A stretch of DNA of 63,875 nt, counting the filler. It is 6 parts of 6 records of this genome, joined end to end, with 100 filler letters (N's around TTAATTAATTAA, not from the genome) between each part and the next. Parts side by side here need not be neighbours in the genome. Positions count along the whole stretch, not along the records: positions 5,701 to 11,052 come from SRR31156797_9459; positions 11,153 to 32,611 come from SRR31156797_9461; 4 more parts are not named here. One strand, 5' to 3'. Each line of letters starts with the position of its first letter. The first letter of the stretch is position 1. A program made the position numbers and the translations under genes. The notes beneath the pieces are model-generated. The model saw only the letters and a program-made list of their open reading frames with translations, searched no databases and had not been told where the DNA came from. Below are positions 9,558 through 21,709 of this stretch, piece by piece.

Positions 9558-10721
9558 ATGCCATTAGCTTTAATTGCTCTTACTCTTAGTGCATTTGCAA
9601 TAGGAACAACTGAATTTGTTACTGTTGGACTAGTTCCAACTATTTCTAACGACCTTTTAATCTCTGTTCCCTCGACAGGATTATTAGTTACAATGTATGC
9701 AGTTGGTGTAGCAATAGGAGCACCTACCTTAACAGCCTTGTCAAGTAAATATAATAAGAAAGCAGTTTTAATTGCGGCAATGGTTATTTTTTCTTTAGGT
9801 CATATAGTTTCAGCACTTTCACCAAATTTTATTACACTATTATTAGCTAGAACTATTACAGGATTAACACATGGCTTATTCTTTTCTATTGGAGCAACTA
9901 TAGCTACAAGTTTAGTTCCTAAGGACAAAGCAGCAAGTGCCATTGCTGTTATGTTTGGTGGCTTAACTGTAGCTATGGTATTAGGGGTTCCACTTGGAAC
10001 ATATATTGGTCAAGAGTTTGGTTGGAGAAATACCTTTTTTATTATTTCCCTCTTAGGTACAATTGCATTTATTAGTATTATTTTTTTATTACCTAATAAT
10101 ATAAAGGTAGCGACCCCCGATAAATTCTTTAACCAAATGAAAATTTTGTCAAATCCTAAACTACTTATTGCATACTTGATTACAATATTTGGTTTCGGTG
10201 GTCCCTTTATTGCATTTACTTTTTTAGTTCCTATTTTAGAAAATGTAACAAATTTTAAATCAGCAATTATTTCAATTATATTATTAGCTTTTGGAGCAGC
10301 AACAATATTAGGTAATTATCTAGGTGGTAGATTTGCTGATAAGTTTGGTGTAAATAAGGTTTTATTTCTATTTTTTGGTGCACTAAGCTTAACACTGCTA
10401 TCACTTAATTTTTTTGCTCATAATCAAATGCTAACTATTTTTATACTTTTATTGTGGGGAGTTTTTGCTTTTGCAACTTCTCCTGCATTGCAAGCAAATG
10501 TTGTGAATATTGCAACAATAAATGAACCTCATGCAGTGGATGTTGCATCAGGTTTTAATATTAGTGCCTTTAATGTAGGAATTGCATTATGGTCATCTGT
10601 TGGTGGTGCTATTGTTGCAAATTATGGATTAATAGAAACAACATGGGTTTCATCTATAATTGTATCTTTATCATTAGTTTTAATATATCTAGGATATAGA
10701 TTACAAAAAGAAAATATTTAA
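9558..10721 (+). CDS. MFS transporter (DHA1/AraJ/NepI-like)
   Basis: AFAIGTTEF start, LLLAR, GVPLG, GWR, GGRFADKFG; 12 TM pattern. Confidence 0.9.
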   Translation: MPLALIALTLSAFAIGTTEFVTVGLVPTISNDLLISVPSTGLLVTMYAVGVAIGAPTLTALSSKYNKKAVLIAAMVIFSLGHIVSALSPNFITLLLARTITGLTHGLFFSIGATIATSLVPKDKAASAIAVMFGGLTVAMVLGVPLGTYIGQEFGWRNTFFIISLLGTIAFISIIFLLPNNIKVATPDKFFNQMKILSNPKLLIAYLITIFGFGGPFIAFTFLVPILENVTNFKSAIISIILLAFGAATILGNYLGGRFADKFGVNKVLFLFFGALSLTLLSLNFFAHNQMLTIFILLLWGVFAFATSPALQANVVNIATINEPHAVDVASGFNISAFNVGIALWSSVGGAIVANYGLIETTWVSSIIVSLSLVLIYLGYRLQKENI

Positions 10722-10741
10722 TTTTATTAAAAGGGTAAATT

Positions 10742-11052
10742 ATGAAAAAAGTTTTAATTATAAATGGACATCAATATTATGAAAATATTGCAGAAGGTAA
10801 GTTAACACAAAACATTATTGATAGAGCAACAAGTTTCTTCGAAAATAAAGGTTTAGAAGTTAGTGTTGCAGTTGTTGATAAAGAGTATAATCTTGAAGAT
10901 GAAAGAAAAAAACTTCAAGAAGCAGATTTTGTGTTTTTTCAACACCCTGTTTATTGGATGGGGATGCCTTGGAAAGCAAAAAAGTATCTTGATGAAGTTT
11001 TAACTCCAGGTGTTCACTATGGAAGTGATGGAAGAAGTAGAGAAGATGCTTC
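10742..11052 (+). CDS. mdaB: NAD(P)H-dependent quinone oxidoreductase (MdaB, flavodoxin-2 fold), 3'-truncated
   Basis: VLIINGH, QHPVYWMGMPWKAKKYLDEV, SDGRSR. Confidence 0.85.
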
Positions 11053-11152
11053 NNNNNNNNNNNNNNNNNNNNNNNNNNNNNNNNNNNNNNNNNNNNTTAA
11101 TTAATTAANNNNNNNNNNNNNNNNNNNNNNNNNNNNNNNNNNNNNNNNNNNN
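11053..11152. other. Artificial contig spacer
   Basis: N44-TTAATTAATTAA-N44. Confidence 0.99.
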
Positions 11153-11411
11153 AATTCATGAATTGTCCCTACTCTTTCTTTTTTGACTTAAAATATATAA
11201 CACATCTTTTTTACAACGGAACGAAAATAGTACAGTTTTGTTCGAAATGTTTTTTCTCTTCTAACTACAAAAGCAATACTCTCGCATAATGATAACAAAC
11301 CAAGATATGAAATTTCCATATTTTAGTTAAAACCCCTATTACAAATTGAAGTGGGCACTGAAAAAGGGCATATAAAATTAAGTTTCATTAATTTATGAGT
11401 TTAAGCATAAT

Positions 11412-13095
11412 TTAATTTTTATTTTCTCTCCTTTTTATTTCTTCTTTTACTACTTTCAAATAAATATCTTCATCAAATGAAGTATTTGTTATACTATATC
11501 CTGACTTAATTTCTATATCAGGATTAATTTCTTCTGTTTCATTCAGTTTTTTATTATATTCAGAAGTTGCTATACGGACTTTAAAATTTGTTTTTTCTAA
11601 ATATCCGATTACTGCTGTTCCATATGTCTTTTTTGTTCCCCCAGGTGAAGTTCCAACTAATGTAATTTTATCATTTGCTTTCTTGGCTTCTACAATAAAT
11701 TCAATTGCTGCCGAATAAGTTAAAGGACTCGTTAACACATATATATCACCATAAAAAAAATTCTCCAATTTATTTTCTTGATATATAATATAATTATATA
11801 ACTCATCTGCATTAAAAAAATAACCGCCCGTATTTTTTCTTAAATCAATAATCAAGTTAGTTATATTTTTTTTATTTATTTCTTTAAAATTTTTTATTAA
11901 ATTATTAGAGAAATTAGTTAAATTTAATCTAAATGTTACAACTTCTAATAAAGCTGTTTTTTCATTTATAAAATACAATTTTGGTTTTTTATCTGTGTGA
12001 TGAGGATTACTTACATTTAGTACTGGTTTTACAGAAATAGGTACTGTAAAACTCTTTTTCTTCTTACTATCTAAATACGTGATTCTATACTTATTATTAT
12101 TATTATTCATCACATATTTTAAATATACAGAAAAGTTTTGTTGAATAATTCTATTAGAAAAATCCTCTGCATCTAGTAAAGAAAATATTTCACTTAGTAA
12201 ATTTTTCATTGAGTGATCATTAATTGCTATTATTTCTTTTCCAATTAGCTCCTTTTTATTTGGAGCTCCTTTTACATAAACAAAATTATCAAAATAAACT
12301 TTTCCATTTTCAATTATAATAGGGAATGGAAAATAATTTTCTGAAAAAAACTTAATTGCATTTTCATCTTCAATTTCAGTATGAGAATCTATTAGTTTAG
12401 AAATAAATTTTGAATAAATTTTGAATAAATTTTGAAAAGTTCTTTTCTTTCCCATTCTTTTTTACTTTCTATTTTTGTAATCATGTTTTCACATTCTAAC
12501 TCTATCTTCTCAAAATTTTCTTGATAATATAAACCTGGATGAATTTTTATTTTTTCCCTTAAATCTTTTGCATCAATTAAAGCTTCTTCTTGAGAAAATA
12601 TATTTTTATTTTTTATTTTTTCATCAACAAATTCTACATTTTTATAATTAATATTTTTCAAAAGATCTTCGATTTCACTTTTTCTCATCAAATCATTATT
12701 TGAGTACTTTAACTGAATTGAATATTTTTTCTCCAATCACTTTCTTTAAATTCAACTATATATTCTTTATTTATATTAGTATTTTTATTAGTTTCTAATA
12801 TATTTTCTATTATGCCAGCATATTTTTCTGAGTATTGAGTTATAAAATTTTTTATATATTTATCAAAAGATTCTTGATTTTTTACTCCTCCTAAAATTGT
12901 TAAAGAAATTATTGTATCTTCTTTTTTCAGAATCCAATTATTTCTAGAAAATTTGATTACCTCGAATCCTTTCAAGTTTTTAACTGAAAAATATTCATTT
13001 GAGTAATCTGGTTTATTAATTAACTTAAATAAACCAAAACTCAATACTACTAATGTCAATGATATAACTGTTATTTTTAAGTATTTATTTTTCAT
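11412..13095 (-). pseudogene. S41-family peptidase paralog split into three ORFs by two frameshifts
   Basis: ORFs 12709-13095, 12392-12736 and 11412-12455 are colinear with intact paralog 13129-14910; LIIDLRKNTGG and TYSAA motifs lie in the last piece. Confidence 0.8.
12402..12434. repeat. 11-bp tandem repeat (AATAAATTTTG)x3
   Basis: Read directly; removing one unit fuses the two ORFs in frame (ELFKIYSKFISKLIDSH). Confidence 0.9.
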
Positions 13096-13128
13096 GATAT
13101 TTACCCCCTCAATATTTTTTATATTTTA

Positions 13129-14910
13129 TTAACTCTTTTCACCTTCATTTATCAATTCCATTACTTTATCCATTATCTGATCTTCTCCCAAAGCTTCTTT
13201 TATCGAATCAATTTTAACTTCAATATCCGGTGTTGCTGGTCCATAAACTCCATCTGTTTTACCAAAATAAAATGATGAAAGTTTATAGTATTGAGAAGAC
13301 ATCGATACAATAAAATCACTATTGTGTAGTTTAAAAACTTTAGAATCACCAAATGAATCAAGACTAGTTCCTGTTTCTTCTCCAATAAGAAGTATATTAC
13401 TTTCATCGTTTTTTAACATCCAAGGAAAGTAAGTTCCAGCAGAAAAACTTCCGCTATTTATAAGAACATATATATTTTCCTCTTTAATATGATTTTTTAA
13501 ATCTGTTACTAAAAAATCATATAGGATCTCTGCTACACCTGTATAACCTCCATTGTTATTTCTTATATCAACTATTAAGTTTTTTATGTTTTCATTTTTT
13601 ATCATTTGCCTTAACTCTTCTAATTTACCTTTAAAACTCTTCAAATTATTAAAACCAGTCATCTTAAAATCTGGTACTTTCAAAATAACAACATCTTTAT
13701 CTTTCATTTCATAATTCATTTTAAAGTTATAATTTTTTTTGTCAAAAGGATTTCCTTTTTTTAAACTTCTAAAATACTTTTCTCCGTTTAACTTATATTC
13801 AATACTATAATTTTCAAATTCCCCAAATAACAAATAAAAAAGCAAAGGAAATTTTAATGATATTTCATAATTCAACCTCTTCTTCACTCCATGATCAAGT
13901 GATATAATTTTTCTCATTTCATTTAATATTTCCTCTGCCGGGATATCATTTATCGAAACAATCTCTGCTCCTAATAATTCAGAGGAACTTTCTATATTCG
14001 AATTTTTTGAAATTATAATTTTATTTTTCCTATTAATTATTGATAAAGGAAATATACCATCTAGGGAATATTTCATCGACAGTCTTGTATGTCCATCTTC
14101 TAATTTTGCGATAAATTCTTTAAGTAATACTAACAGCTCTCTTTTTTTCCAAATTTCCTTTTTATTTATCTCATTTAATAATTTTTCATAATCCTCTCTA
14201 TAATTCACCTTTCCCCAATAAAAATTTAATGCTGAATTTAATAAAATCATTTCATTAAGTTCTTTTGCATCCTCTAATGCTTCTGATTTACTGATGATTT
14301 CTTTTACTCTTTTCTTTACTTCGGTTCTCTTCTTATAATCTTTGATTTTTAAAGTTTTTAGTATTTCTTTTCTTAGTAATATATTTTCTTTTTGTTTCTG
14401 TTTTTTGATCTCTGAATCATTTCCAGGAAACTTTACATTAGTCCATAATTCAAATACTCTATCATTTAGAAACATTAAATTGATATAACTCTGAAACCCA
14501 ACATAATTTACTTCTATTTCATAACTTAATTCTTTCTTTAACTTCTTAATTTGAAATTCAGTTACACCTTGTGATTTTATATTTTTCTCTATATAATTTT
14601 GAATATAGTTATCAATTTCTAATTCGATTTTATCCTCTATAATCTTAATGCTTGTAGAAATTGTAGTGTAATAGTCCTCATTTTTTAAATCTATATTATC
14701 ATCAGTTTCTTTAAAAACTAACCACTCTTTATTCACTGTTTGTAATATTTTCAAATTTTGACTTGATTGAAATTCAAAATAATCTGTTGAATAAGTTTTC
14801 AACTCCCCTGTCTCTGATTGGCTTTGACTCTCTTTCGTTTTTAAATTACTACAACCTATTAACAATAATATCGAACTCATTAATACTACTAACATTTTAA
14901 ATTTCTTCAT
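13129..14910 (-). CDS. S41-family peptidase lipoprotein
   Basis: Lipobox LIGC; LEDGHT, PDZ-like GAEIVSINDIP, LIVDIRNNNGG, SFSAG, LIGEETG, PDIEV. Confidence 0.85.
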   Translation of the reverse strand: MKKFKMLVVLMSSILLLIGCSNLKTKESQSQSETGELKTYSTDYFEFQSSQNLKILQTVNKEWLVFKETDDNIDLKNEDYYTTISTSIKIIEDKIELEIDNYIQNYIEKNIKSQGVTEFQIKKLKKELSYEIEVNYVGFQSYINLMFLNDRVFELWTNVKFPGNDSEIKKQKQKENILLRKEILKTLKIKDYKKRTEVKKRVKEIISKSEALEDAKELNEMILLNSALNFYWGKVNYREDYEKLLNEINKKEIWKKRELLVLLKEFIAKLEDGHTRLSMKYSLDGIFPLSIINRKNKIIISKNSNIESSSELLGAEIVSINDIPAEEILNEMRKIISLDHGVKKRLNYEISLKFPLLFYLLFGEFENYSIEYKLNGEKYFRSLKKGNPFDKKNYNFKMNYEMKDKDVVILKVPDFKMTGFNNLKSFKGKLEELRQMIKNENIKNLIVDIRNNNGGYTGVAEILYDFLVTDLKNHIKEENIYVLINSGSFSAGTYFPWMLKNDESNILLIGEETGTSLDSFGDSKVFKLHNSDFIVSMSSQYYKLSSFYFGKTDGVYGPATPDIEVKIDSIKEALGEDQIMDKVMELINEGEKS

Positions 14911-14957
14911 AAATCCCCCTAGTCATAATTTTACACTTGGAAACGTTTCTACGAGTA

Positions 14958-14986
14958 ATGTTACCACTTTAGACTCTTGAAGTCAA
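14958..14986 (-). promoter_or_regulatory. Sigma70 promoter of the S41 genes
   Basis: TTGACT-17nt-TAACAT with extended TG; palindrome GAAACGTTTC just downstream (14940-14949). Confidence 0.55.
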
Positions 14987-15252
14987 TTAATTTTTATTCA
15001 TTTAGATGCTTATTAGTAAGATATTTAAATTATTTTATTTAGACTCATGAAAATAAAATTCTTTTTTTCCATGATTACAAGCAATAAAATCAACAATACT
15101 TTTATGCTACAAAAATACTTTTTTTTTATGTTACATTTTTTTTATCCTTTTCAATTAAATCTCTTGATTTTTTTACCTTCTTATGATAGAATCTTACTCG
15201 GTCCATATCCAATAGTCTTAATACCCTGATTCGTGTTGTCAAGAAAAAAACC

Positions 15253-15281
15253 TTGACTATGTTTGAAAATAACGGTATAAT
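15253..15281 (+). promoter_or_regulatory. Sigma70 promoter of rpsT
   Basis: TTGACT-17nt-TATAAT; a second candidate TTGATT-17nt-TAGAAT with extended TG at 15164-15192. Confidence 0.7.
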
Positions 15282-15320
15282 ATTTTACAGTATGAAAAAA
15301 ATTTAGGAGGTTATAGAACT

Positions 15321-15581
15321 TTGGCACATTCGAAATCAGCAAAGAAAAGAATATTAGTAGCAGAAAGAAACAGATTAAGAAATCAAGCGGTGAAAAGCAG
15401 AATTAAAACTTTAATTAAAGGATTAACAACTGCTGTAGACGCTCAAGAAGCGGAAGCTGCAACAGCTGCATTATCTGTTGTATATAAAGAATTAGATAAA
15501 GCAGTTACAAAAGGAATTATGAAGAAAAACACAGTTTCTAGAAAAAAATCTAGATTAGCTGCAAGAGTTAACGCTTTATAA
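15321..15581 (+). CDS. rpsT: 30S ribosomal protein S20
   Basis: AHSKSAKKRI...RNQAVKSRIKT...LDKAVTKG..KKNTVSRKKSRLA; TTG start with AGGAGG RBS. Confidence 0.98.
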   Translation: MAHSKSAKKRILVAERNRLRNQAVKSRIKTLIKGLTTAVDAQEAEAATAALSVVYKELDKAVTKGIMKKNTVSRKKSRLAARVNAL

Positions 15582-15614
15582 TTTTATAAAATTTAATAGC
15601 TATTAAATTACTAT

Positions 15615-15650
15615 AAAAAAGTCAGTTGTCAGCTGGCTTTTTTATTTTTT
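15615..15650 (+). terminator. Intrinsic terminator after rpsT
   Basis: AAAAAAGTCAGTTG..CAGCTGGCTTTTTT hairpin plus T tract. Confidence 0.75.
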
Positions 15651-15801
15651 TGAATATTTTATTATCACAAATAAAGCAATCATTGATTAATAGAACAATA
15701 TTGTTTATAATCTATATATATGAATATTTCTATTTTAGTAGATTTTTTAGGGCAAAGTCAAAAAGGTTCAATTTGACTTAAAAAAAATATAAGGAGTTTT
15801 G

Positions 15802-16818
15802 ATGGTTAATATTAAACAGTTTTTTATGATTTTATTAAGTTTAGTCTTTATATACATAATTGGAGTTGGCGGCTATATGCTCATAGAGAGTTATTCTTTT
15901 GTCGAAGCTGCCTATATGACCGCAATCACAATTTCTACTGTGGGATTTGGCGAGGTTCGTTCATTATCTATTGCAGGTCAATTATTTACAATATTTCTAA
16001 TATTTTTAGGAATCAGTTTCGTATTATATAGTGTTTCTATAATAGTAAAATTTCTACTAGAAGGTGAATTAAATAAATATATCAGAGGTGTCAAAATGCA
16101 AAGTAAAATCTCAAAACTTGAAAATCATATAATTCTCTGCGGTGGAGGAAGAACAGGCTCAAAAATAATAGAGCAGTTCATGGCAACTAAGGAGAAGTTT
16201 GTGTTACTTGAAATGGATGAGGAGACTATTACAACTCTTCAAAATGAATATAATGATAAAATCCTCGTTATGAGTGGAGATGCAACTAAAGATGAAGTAT
16301 TAATTGAAGCCGGAATAGATAGAGCAAAAGCAGTTGTTGCAGTTCTCTCTACTGATGCTCAGAACTTATTTTTATCTTTAACTGCAAAATCATTAAATAA
16401 AAACGTAAGTGTTATCACAAGAGCTGTAGAGGCATCCAGTGAAAAGAAGTTAAAAACAGCAGGAGCAGATTACATAATTTCTCCCCTAAACATCGCAGCA
16501 GATAGAATCGTAAAAATCGCATCACAAAGTAATGTAAGTAAATTTATTGATTTCCTAACTAAAAGTGGAGTTGATGATATTAAAATTGAGCAGGTTCCCG
16601 TTGATTCGAATAGTGAACTTATTGATAAAACTCTTCGTGAAGCACAAATACCTAAAAAAACTGAGTTAATTGTAATTGGTATTGAAAAAGACGGTAGAGT
16701 AGATATGAATCCAAAATCAACAGCTGTAATCAGCGAAAATTGTCAGCTTCTGGTATTAGGAAAAGATGAACAGATAAATTCTCTTAGAAAATTAGCAAAG
16801 AGTACAAATATATTTTAA
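15802..16818 (+). CDS. Potassium channel with TrkA-N/TrkA-C (RCK) domains
   Basis: Selectivity filter TISTVGFGE; CGGGRTG Rossmann motif; GDAT; C-terminal RCK_C. Confidence 0.92.
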   Translation: MVNIKQFFMILLSLVFIYIIGVGGYMLIESYSFVEAAYMTAITISTVGFGEVRSLSIAGQLFTIFLIFLGISFVLYSVSIIVKFLLEGELNKYIRGVKMQSKISKLENHIILCGGGRTGSKIIEQFMATKEKFVLLEMDEETITTLQNEYNDKILVMSGDATKDEVLIEAGIDRAKAVVAVLSTDAQNLFLSLTAKSLNKNVSVITRAVEASSEKKLKTAGADYIISPLNIAADRIVKIASQSNVSKFIDFLTKSGVDDIKIEQVPVDSNSELIDKTLREAQIPKKTELIVIGIEKDGRVDMNPKSTAVISENCQLLVLGKDEQINSLRKLAKSTNIF

Positions 16819-16860
16819 ATAAAGAATCGGACCTATTTATCTAGGCCCGATTCTTTATTT
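16817..16860. terminator. Bidirectional terminator between convergent genes
   Basis: AAATAAAGAATCGGACCTA..TAGGCCCGATTCTTTATTT. Confidence 0.8.
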
Positions 16861-17949
16861 TTTTATGATTTCTTCCAATAAATTAAAATTAAATTTGTCT
16901 AAATCTTTATTATAAGATTTTGTTAGATTTTTGATATCAATCTTTTCAAATTCATTATAGGAAAGCAATTTTTCAAAGTGATCAATATTTTCTTTGTTAA
17001 TTATTTCCATTTCAGTTTTAACAGGATAATTACCAACATTTAACTCCACACCTTCACTATGATCCTTTATTAGCATTAATGATGTTACACCTTCTAGAAA
17101 ATGCCCTCCAACCGTACTTAGCATTTCTCCATCTCTCACCGCTTCAAGCCCCTCTTTACTCCAATCAATCCCACCGACTAGTACTTCTTGGCCAGGTACT
17201 TTATCTAACTCCTCAATAGCTTTAATTGCTCCTAAGGCCATTGAGTCACTTGCATTCCAGATAACACTTGTATTTGGATATCTTTTAAAGATATTTAGTG
17301 TTTGAGTATAGGCATTTTCTGTTCTCCATTGAACAAAGAGAATCTGATGTAGTACTACGTCTTTCTCTTCATCTACAGCTTTTCTTAAGCCATTATTTCT
17401 ATCAACTGCAACATTTGAGTCATGAGATCCGCTCAAACCAATTACATGTATTTTTCCATCAGCTGCTCTTAAATTCTTTTTTTTCGCTTCATCAATCAGT
17501 GATTTACCTAATTTATATCCTGCAGCAAAATCATTTGGAAAAACATGCCCTATCCAGTAATCATATTTCTCATTTACATTTCCTACTATATTTTTTTCTT
17601 CATGACTGACATCACTATTAAAAATAAAAGAGTATATGTTTTTGCTTTCTGCCTCTTTCAAAATCACCTTACTTGTCTGTGATGAGTACTGATACAATAG
17701 ATAATCAGGCTTATCTGATTGCTCTAACTCTTTCATTGCCGCTTCCTTCACTTTTAGCCTATGATTTTCACTTGGATAAACTACATTTAGCTCTATCTCA
17801 AGCTCATCAGCTGCTATTTTCATATAGTTAACTACTTTGTCCCAAAACAGATTCCCCTCTTTACTTGGATTAATGAACGTAACTTTAATATCTTTTGAAT
17901 AACTTGTTAAACTTGCTAATAATAAACATAGAACTACTAATTTTTTCAT
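16855..17949 (-). CDS. Periplasmic sugar-binding protein (RbsB-like), no adjacent permease
   Basis: Signal peptide; FWDKV, PND..AGY, WNASDSMALGA, GGIDWS, GGHF. Confidence 0.8.
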   Translation of the reverse strand: MKKLVVLCLLLASLTSYSKDIKVTFINPSKEGNLFWDKVVNYMKIAADELEIELNVVYPSENHRLKVKEAAMKELEQSDKPDYLLYQYSSQTSKVILKEAESKNIYSFIFNSDVSHEEKNIVGNVNEKYDYWIGHVFPNDFAAGYKLGKSLIDEAKKKNLRAADGKIHVIGLSGSHDSNVAVDRNNGLRKAVDEEKDVVLHQILFVQWRTENAYTQTLNIFKRYPNTSVIWNASDSMALGAIKAIEELDKVPGQEVLVGGIDWSKEGLEAVRDGEMLSTVGGHFLEGVTSLMLIKDHSEGVELNVGNYPVKTEMEIINKENIDHFEKLLSYNEFEKIDIKNLTKSYNKDLDKFNFNLLEEIIKK

Positions 17950-18034
17950 GTTTCTCCCTTCAATATGAGAAATCGAGCCCCCAGTAGATGAAGACCCGAC
18001 TCCTTATTTATAATGATTCTTTTAGCGACTAATA

Positions 18035-19366
18035 TTATGCTCTTTTAAGCTCTAATTCATCCTCTTCATTTTCTGATTCCATCATACCTTCTTCTTTAAC
18101 TTTTTGCTTATCCCAAGCATTAAAGAAAGGATAATAGATTAATCCTGCGATAATTATTCCTCCTAATTGCATTAGTGCAACTGATATCATACCACCACTT
18201 GCGAAGTATCCTCCTAATATAGCAGGTGACGTCCAAGGCACGGCAATTCCAGGTAATTTAGCTACTATTCCTAGTTTCATTGACCAGTATGCAAGTGACA
18301 TAACTGTAACCGGTGCTAGTATAAATGGAGTGATCATTACCGGATTCATTACTAAAGGCATTCCAAACAGAATAGGCTCGTTGATATTAAATATCGCTGC
18401 TCCTATAGATAATTTACCAATCTCTTTTAACTGCTTACTTCTTGATTTGAATAATAACAGTAGTGCAAGTGCAAATGTACAACCTGCTCCACCCATTAGC
18501 ATAAACATATCGAAGAACTGTCTAGTGATAATGTGCGGTACAGCTTCTCCAGCCTGAAATGCAATTCTGTTTTGATCCATCATTGAAGTAAATACAGGCG
18601 AAGCGATCTCTAAAACGATAGCCGATCCGTGAATACCAGCAAACCATAAAAGTTGTACCATAATAACAACAATTATCATTCCCCAATATGTTCCACCGAT
18701 TTTAGTTAACGGACCAACCAGGATTTTTTCTACTACAAAATGTAAACTTTCAAAAGATGTCATTTCAAATCCGATTCTTAATCCCCAAGCTACTACAATA
18801 ACTATTCCGGCAGGAATAAGTGCAGCAAATGATCTTGAAACTGATGGTGGAACTGTAGCCGGCATTTTAATAACTATATTTTTCTGAATAACTATTCTAT
18901 AAATTTCAGTTGACAGAATAGCCATAATAATAGCAACGAACAGACCTTTACTTCCCATCAATGCTGTAGGGATTCCTTTAACTACACCGTTTGCAGTATT
19001 AATATTAAATGGTGTAACCATCATGAAACTAACAAGCGCTATTGCTGATCCTGATAAACCATCAACTTTATATTTCTCACAAAGTCTGTATGCAATACCA
19101 ATTACTGCAAATATTGCCATTAGGTCAAATGTTACGCCAACCGGGTATAATAATTTATCTAACCATGCTGAACCAAAAGTTTTAGCCATAAAGTCAGCAT
19201 AACCTGGAATGGGTAAAAATCCTAATACTAAAAATATTGAACCTATAATTAAGAATGGCATTGCTAATAATATTCCATCTCTTACTGACTGAATATGCTT
19301 TTGATCTGCAATTTTACCTGCAACAGGTATGAATTTTTCTTCTAAAAATTGATTAAATTTTTCCAT
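18035..19366 (-). CDS. celB: PTS cellobiose/lichenan (Lac family) EIIC
   Basis: VRDG, GSKGLFVAI, IKMPATVPPSVSRSF, WFAGIHG, FNINEPILFGMP. Confidence 0.92.
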   Translation of the reverse strand: MEKFNQFLEEKFIPVAGKIADQKHIQSVRDGILLAMPFLIIGSIFLVLGFLPIPGYADFMAKTFGSAWLDKLLYPVGVTFDLMAIFAVIGIAYRLCEKYKVDGLSGSAIALVSFMMVTPFNINTANGVVKGIPTALMGSKGLFVAIIMAILSTEIYRIVIQKNIVIKMPATVPPSVSRSFAALIPAGIVIVVAWGLRIGFEMTSFESLHFVVEKILVGPLTKIGGTYWGMIIVVIMVQLLWFAGIHGSAIVLEIASPVFTSMMDQNRIAFQAGEAVPHIITRQFFDMFMLMGGAGCTFALALLLLFKSRSKQLKEIGKLSIGAAIFNINEPILFGMPLVMNPVMITPFILAPVTVMSLAYWSMKLGIVAKLPGIAVPWTSPAILGGYFASGGMISVALMQLGGIIIAGLIYYPFFNAWDKQKVKEEGMMESENEEDELELKRA

Positions 19367-19465
19367 TTTTCTCTCCTTATTTGTTTTTCTTTAGTTTTTT
19401 TAAAGTCAAAAATAATCTACTCACTAAACAATTTAATAATATTCTCATCCAAAATAATAATAAAA

Positions 19466-21213
<1,748 letters not shown>

Positions 21214-21304
21214 TATTTTTCTCCTCGTATATTCTTTTTTAAGTCAAAACGACTAGTAATAATTATTAATCTTTTATATATAACTAGTTTTACTAATAGT
21301 TTCT

Positions 21305-21610
21305 CTATCCTATTAATGTTATTGCATGCTTTAATACTTTTTTACCATTCATTGAACCGTAATCTACTGTATTAATAACTTCAGCTGGAATATTTTTTGG
21401 TTCACAAATACTTTTTACTGAATTAAGTTTATATCTGATTTGAGGTCCTAATAAAACAACATCTGCTTCTTCTAAGTTTTTTTCTACTTCTTCCATTCCA
21501 ACTGCCCATATTTTTGCTTTAATTCCTACTTCTTCTGCTGCTTGGTTCATTTTAAGAACTAACATACTTGTTGACATCCCTGCCGAACAACATAATAAAA
21601 TATTTTTCAT
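21305..21610 (-). CDS. celA: PTS cellobiose EIIB
   Basis: LLCCSAGMSTS, LLGPQ, DYGSMNG. Confidence 0.93.
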   Translation of the reverse strand: MKNILLCCSAGMSTSMLVLKMNQAAEEVGIKAKIWAVGMEEVEKNLEEADVVLLGPQIRYKLNSVKSICEPKNIPAEVINTVDYGSMNGKKVLKHAITLIG

Positions 21611-21653
21611 TTGACTTTCCTCCAGTTTTCAATTAAAATCTTTATTAAAGATA

Positions 21654-21667
21654 TAAACACGTGTTTA
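21654..21667. promoter_or_regulatory. Perfect 14-bp palindrome TAAACACGTGTTTA, candidate operator
   Basis: Lies just downstream of the PTS operon promoter, a typical repressor position. Confidence 0.55.
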
Positions 21668-21680
21668 ACTTTGTGTGTTA

Positions 21681-21709
21681 AGTATATCCCGAATAAATTC
21701 TTTTGTCAA
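21681..21709 (-). promoter_or_regulatory. Sigma70 promoter of the PTS operon
   Basis: TTGACA-17nt-TATACT on the minus strand. Confidence 0.8.

Noticed and set aside
15190-15260. GC-richer stretch upstream of rpsT with faint likeness to 6S RNA (CTCGGTCC...CTTAA...ACCTTGA)
   Set aside because: No long pairing partner visible and it overlaps the rpsT promoter; needs an Rfam/Infernal scan
15745-15790. GGGCAAA plus hairpin before the K+ channel as a c-di-GMP or c-di-AMP riboswitch
   Set aside because: Lacks the GNRA loop, second stem and other conserved motifs; too short
21654-21667. ACACGTGT core shared with the ppc palindrome on contig 1
   Set aside because: Different contigs and apparently different phyla; an 8-bp coincidence
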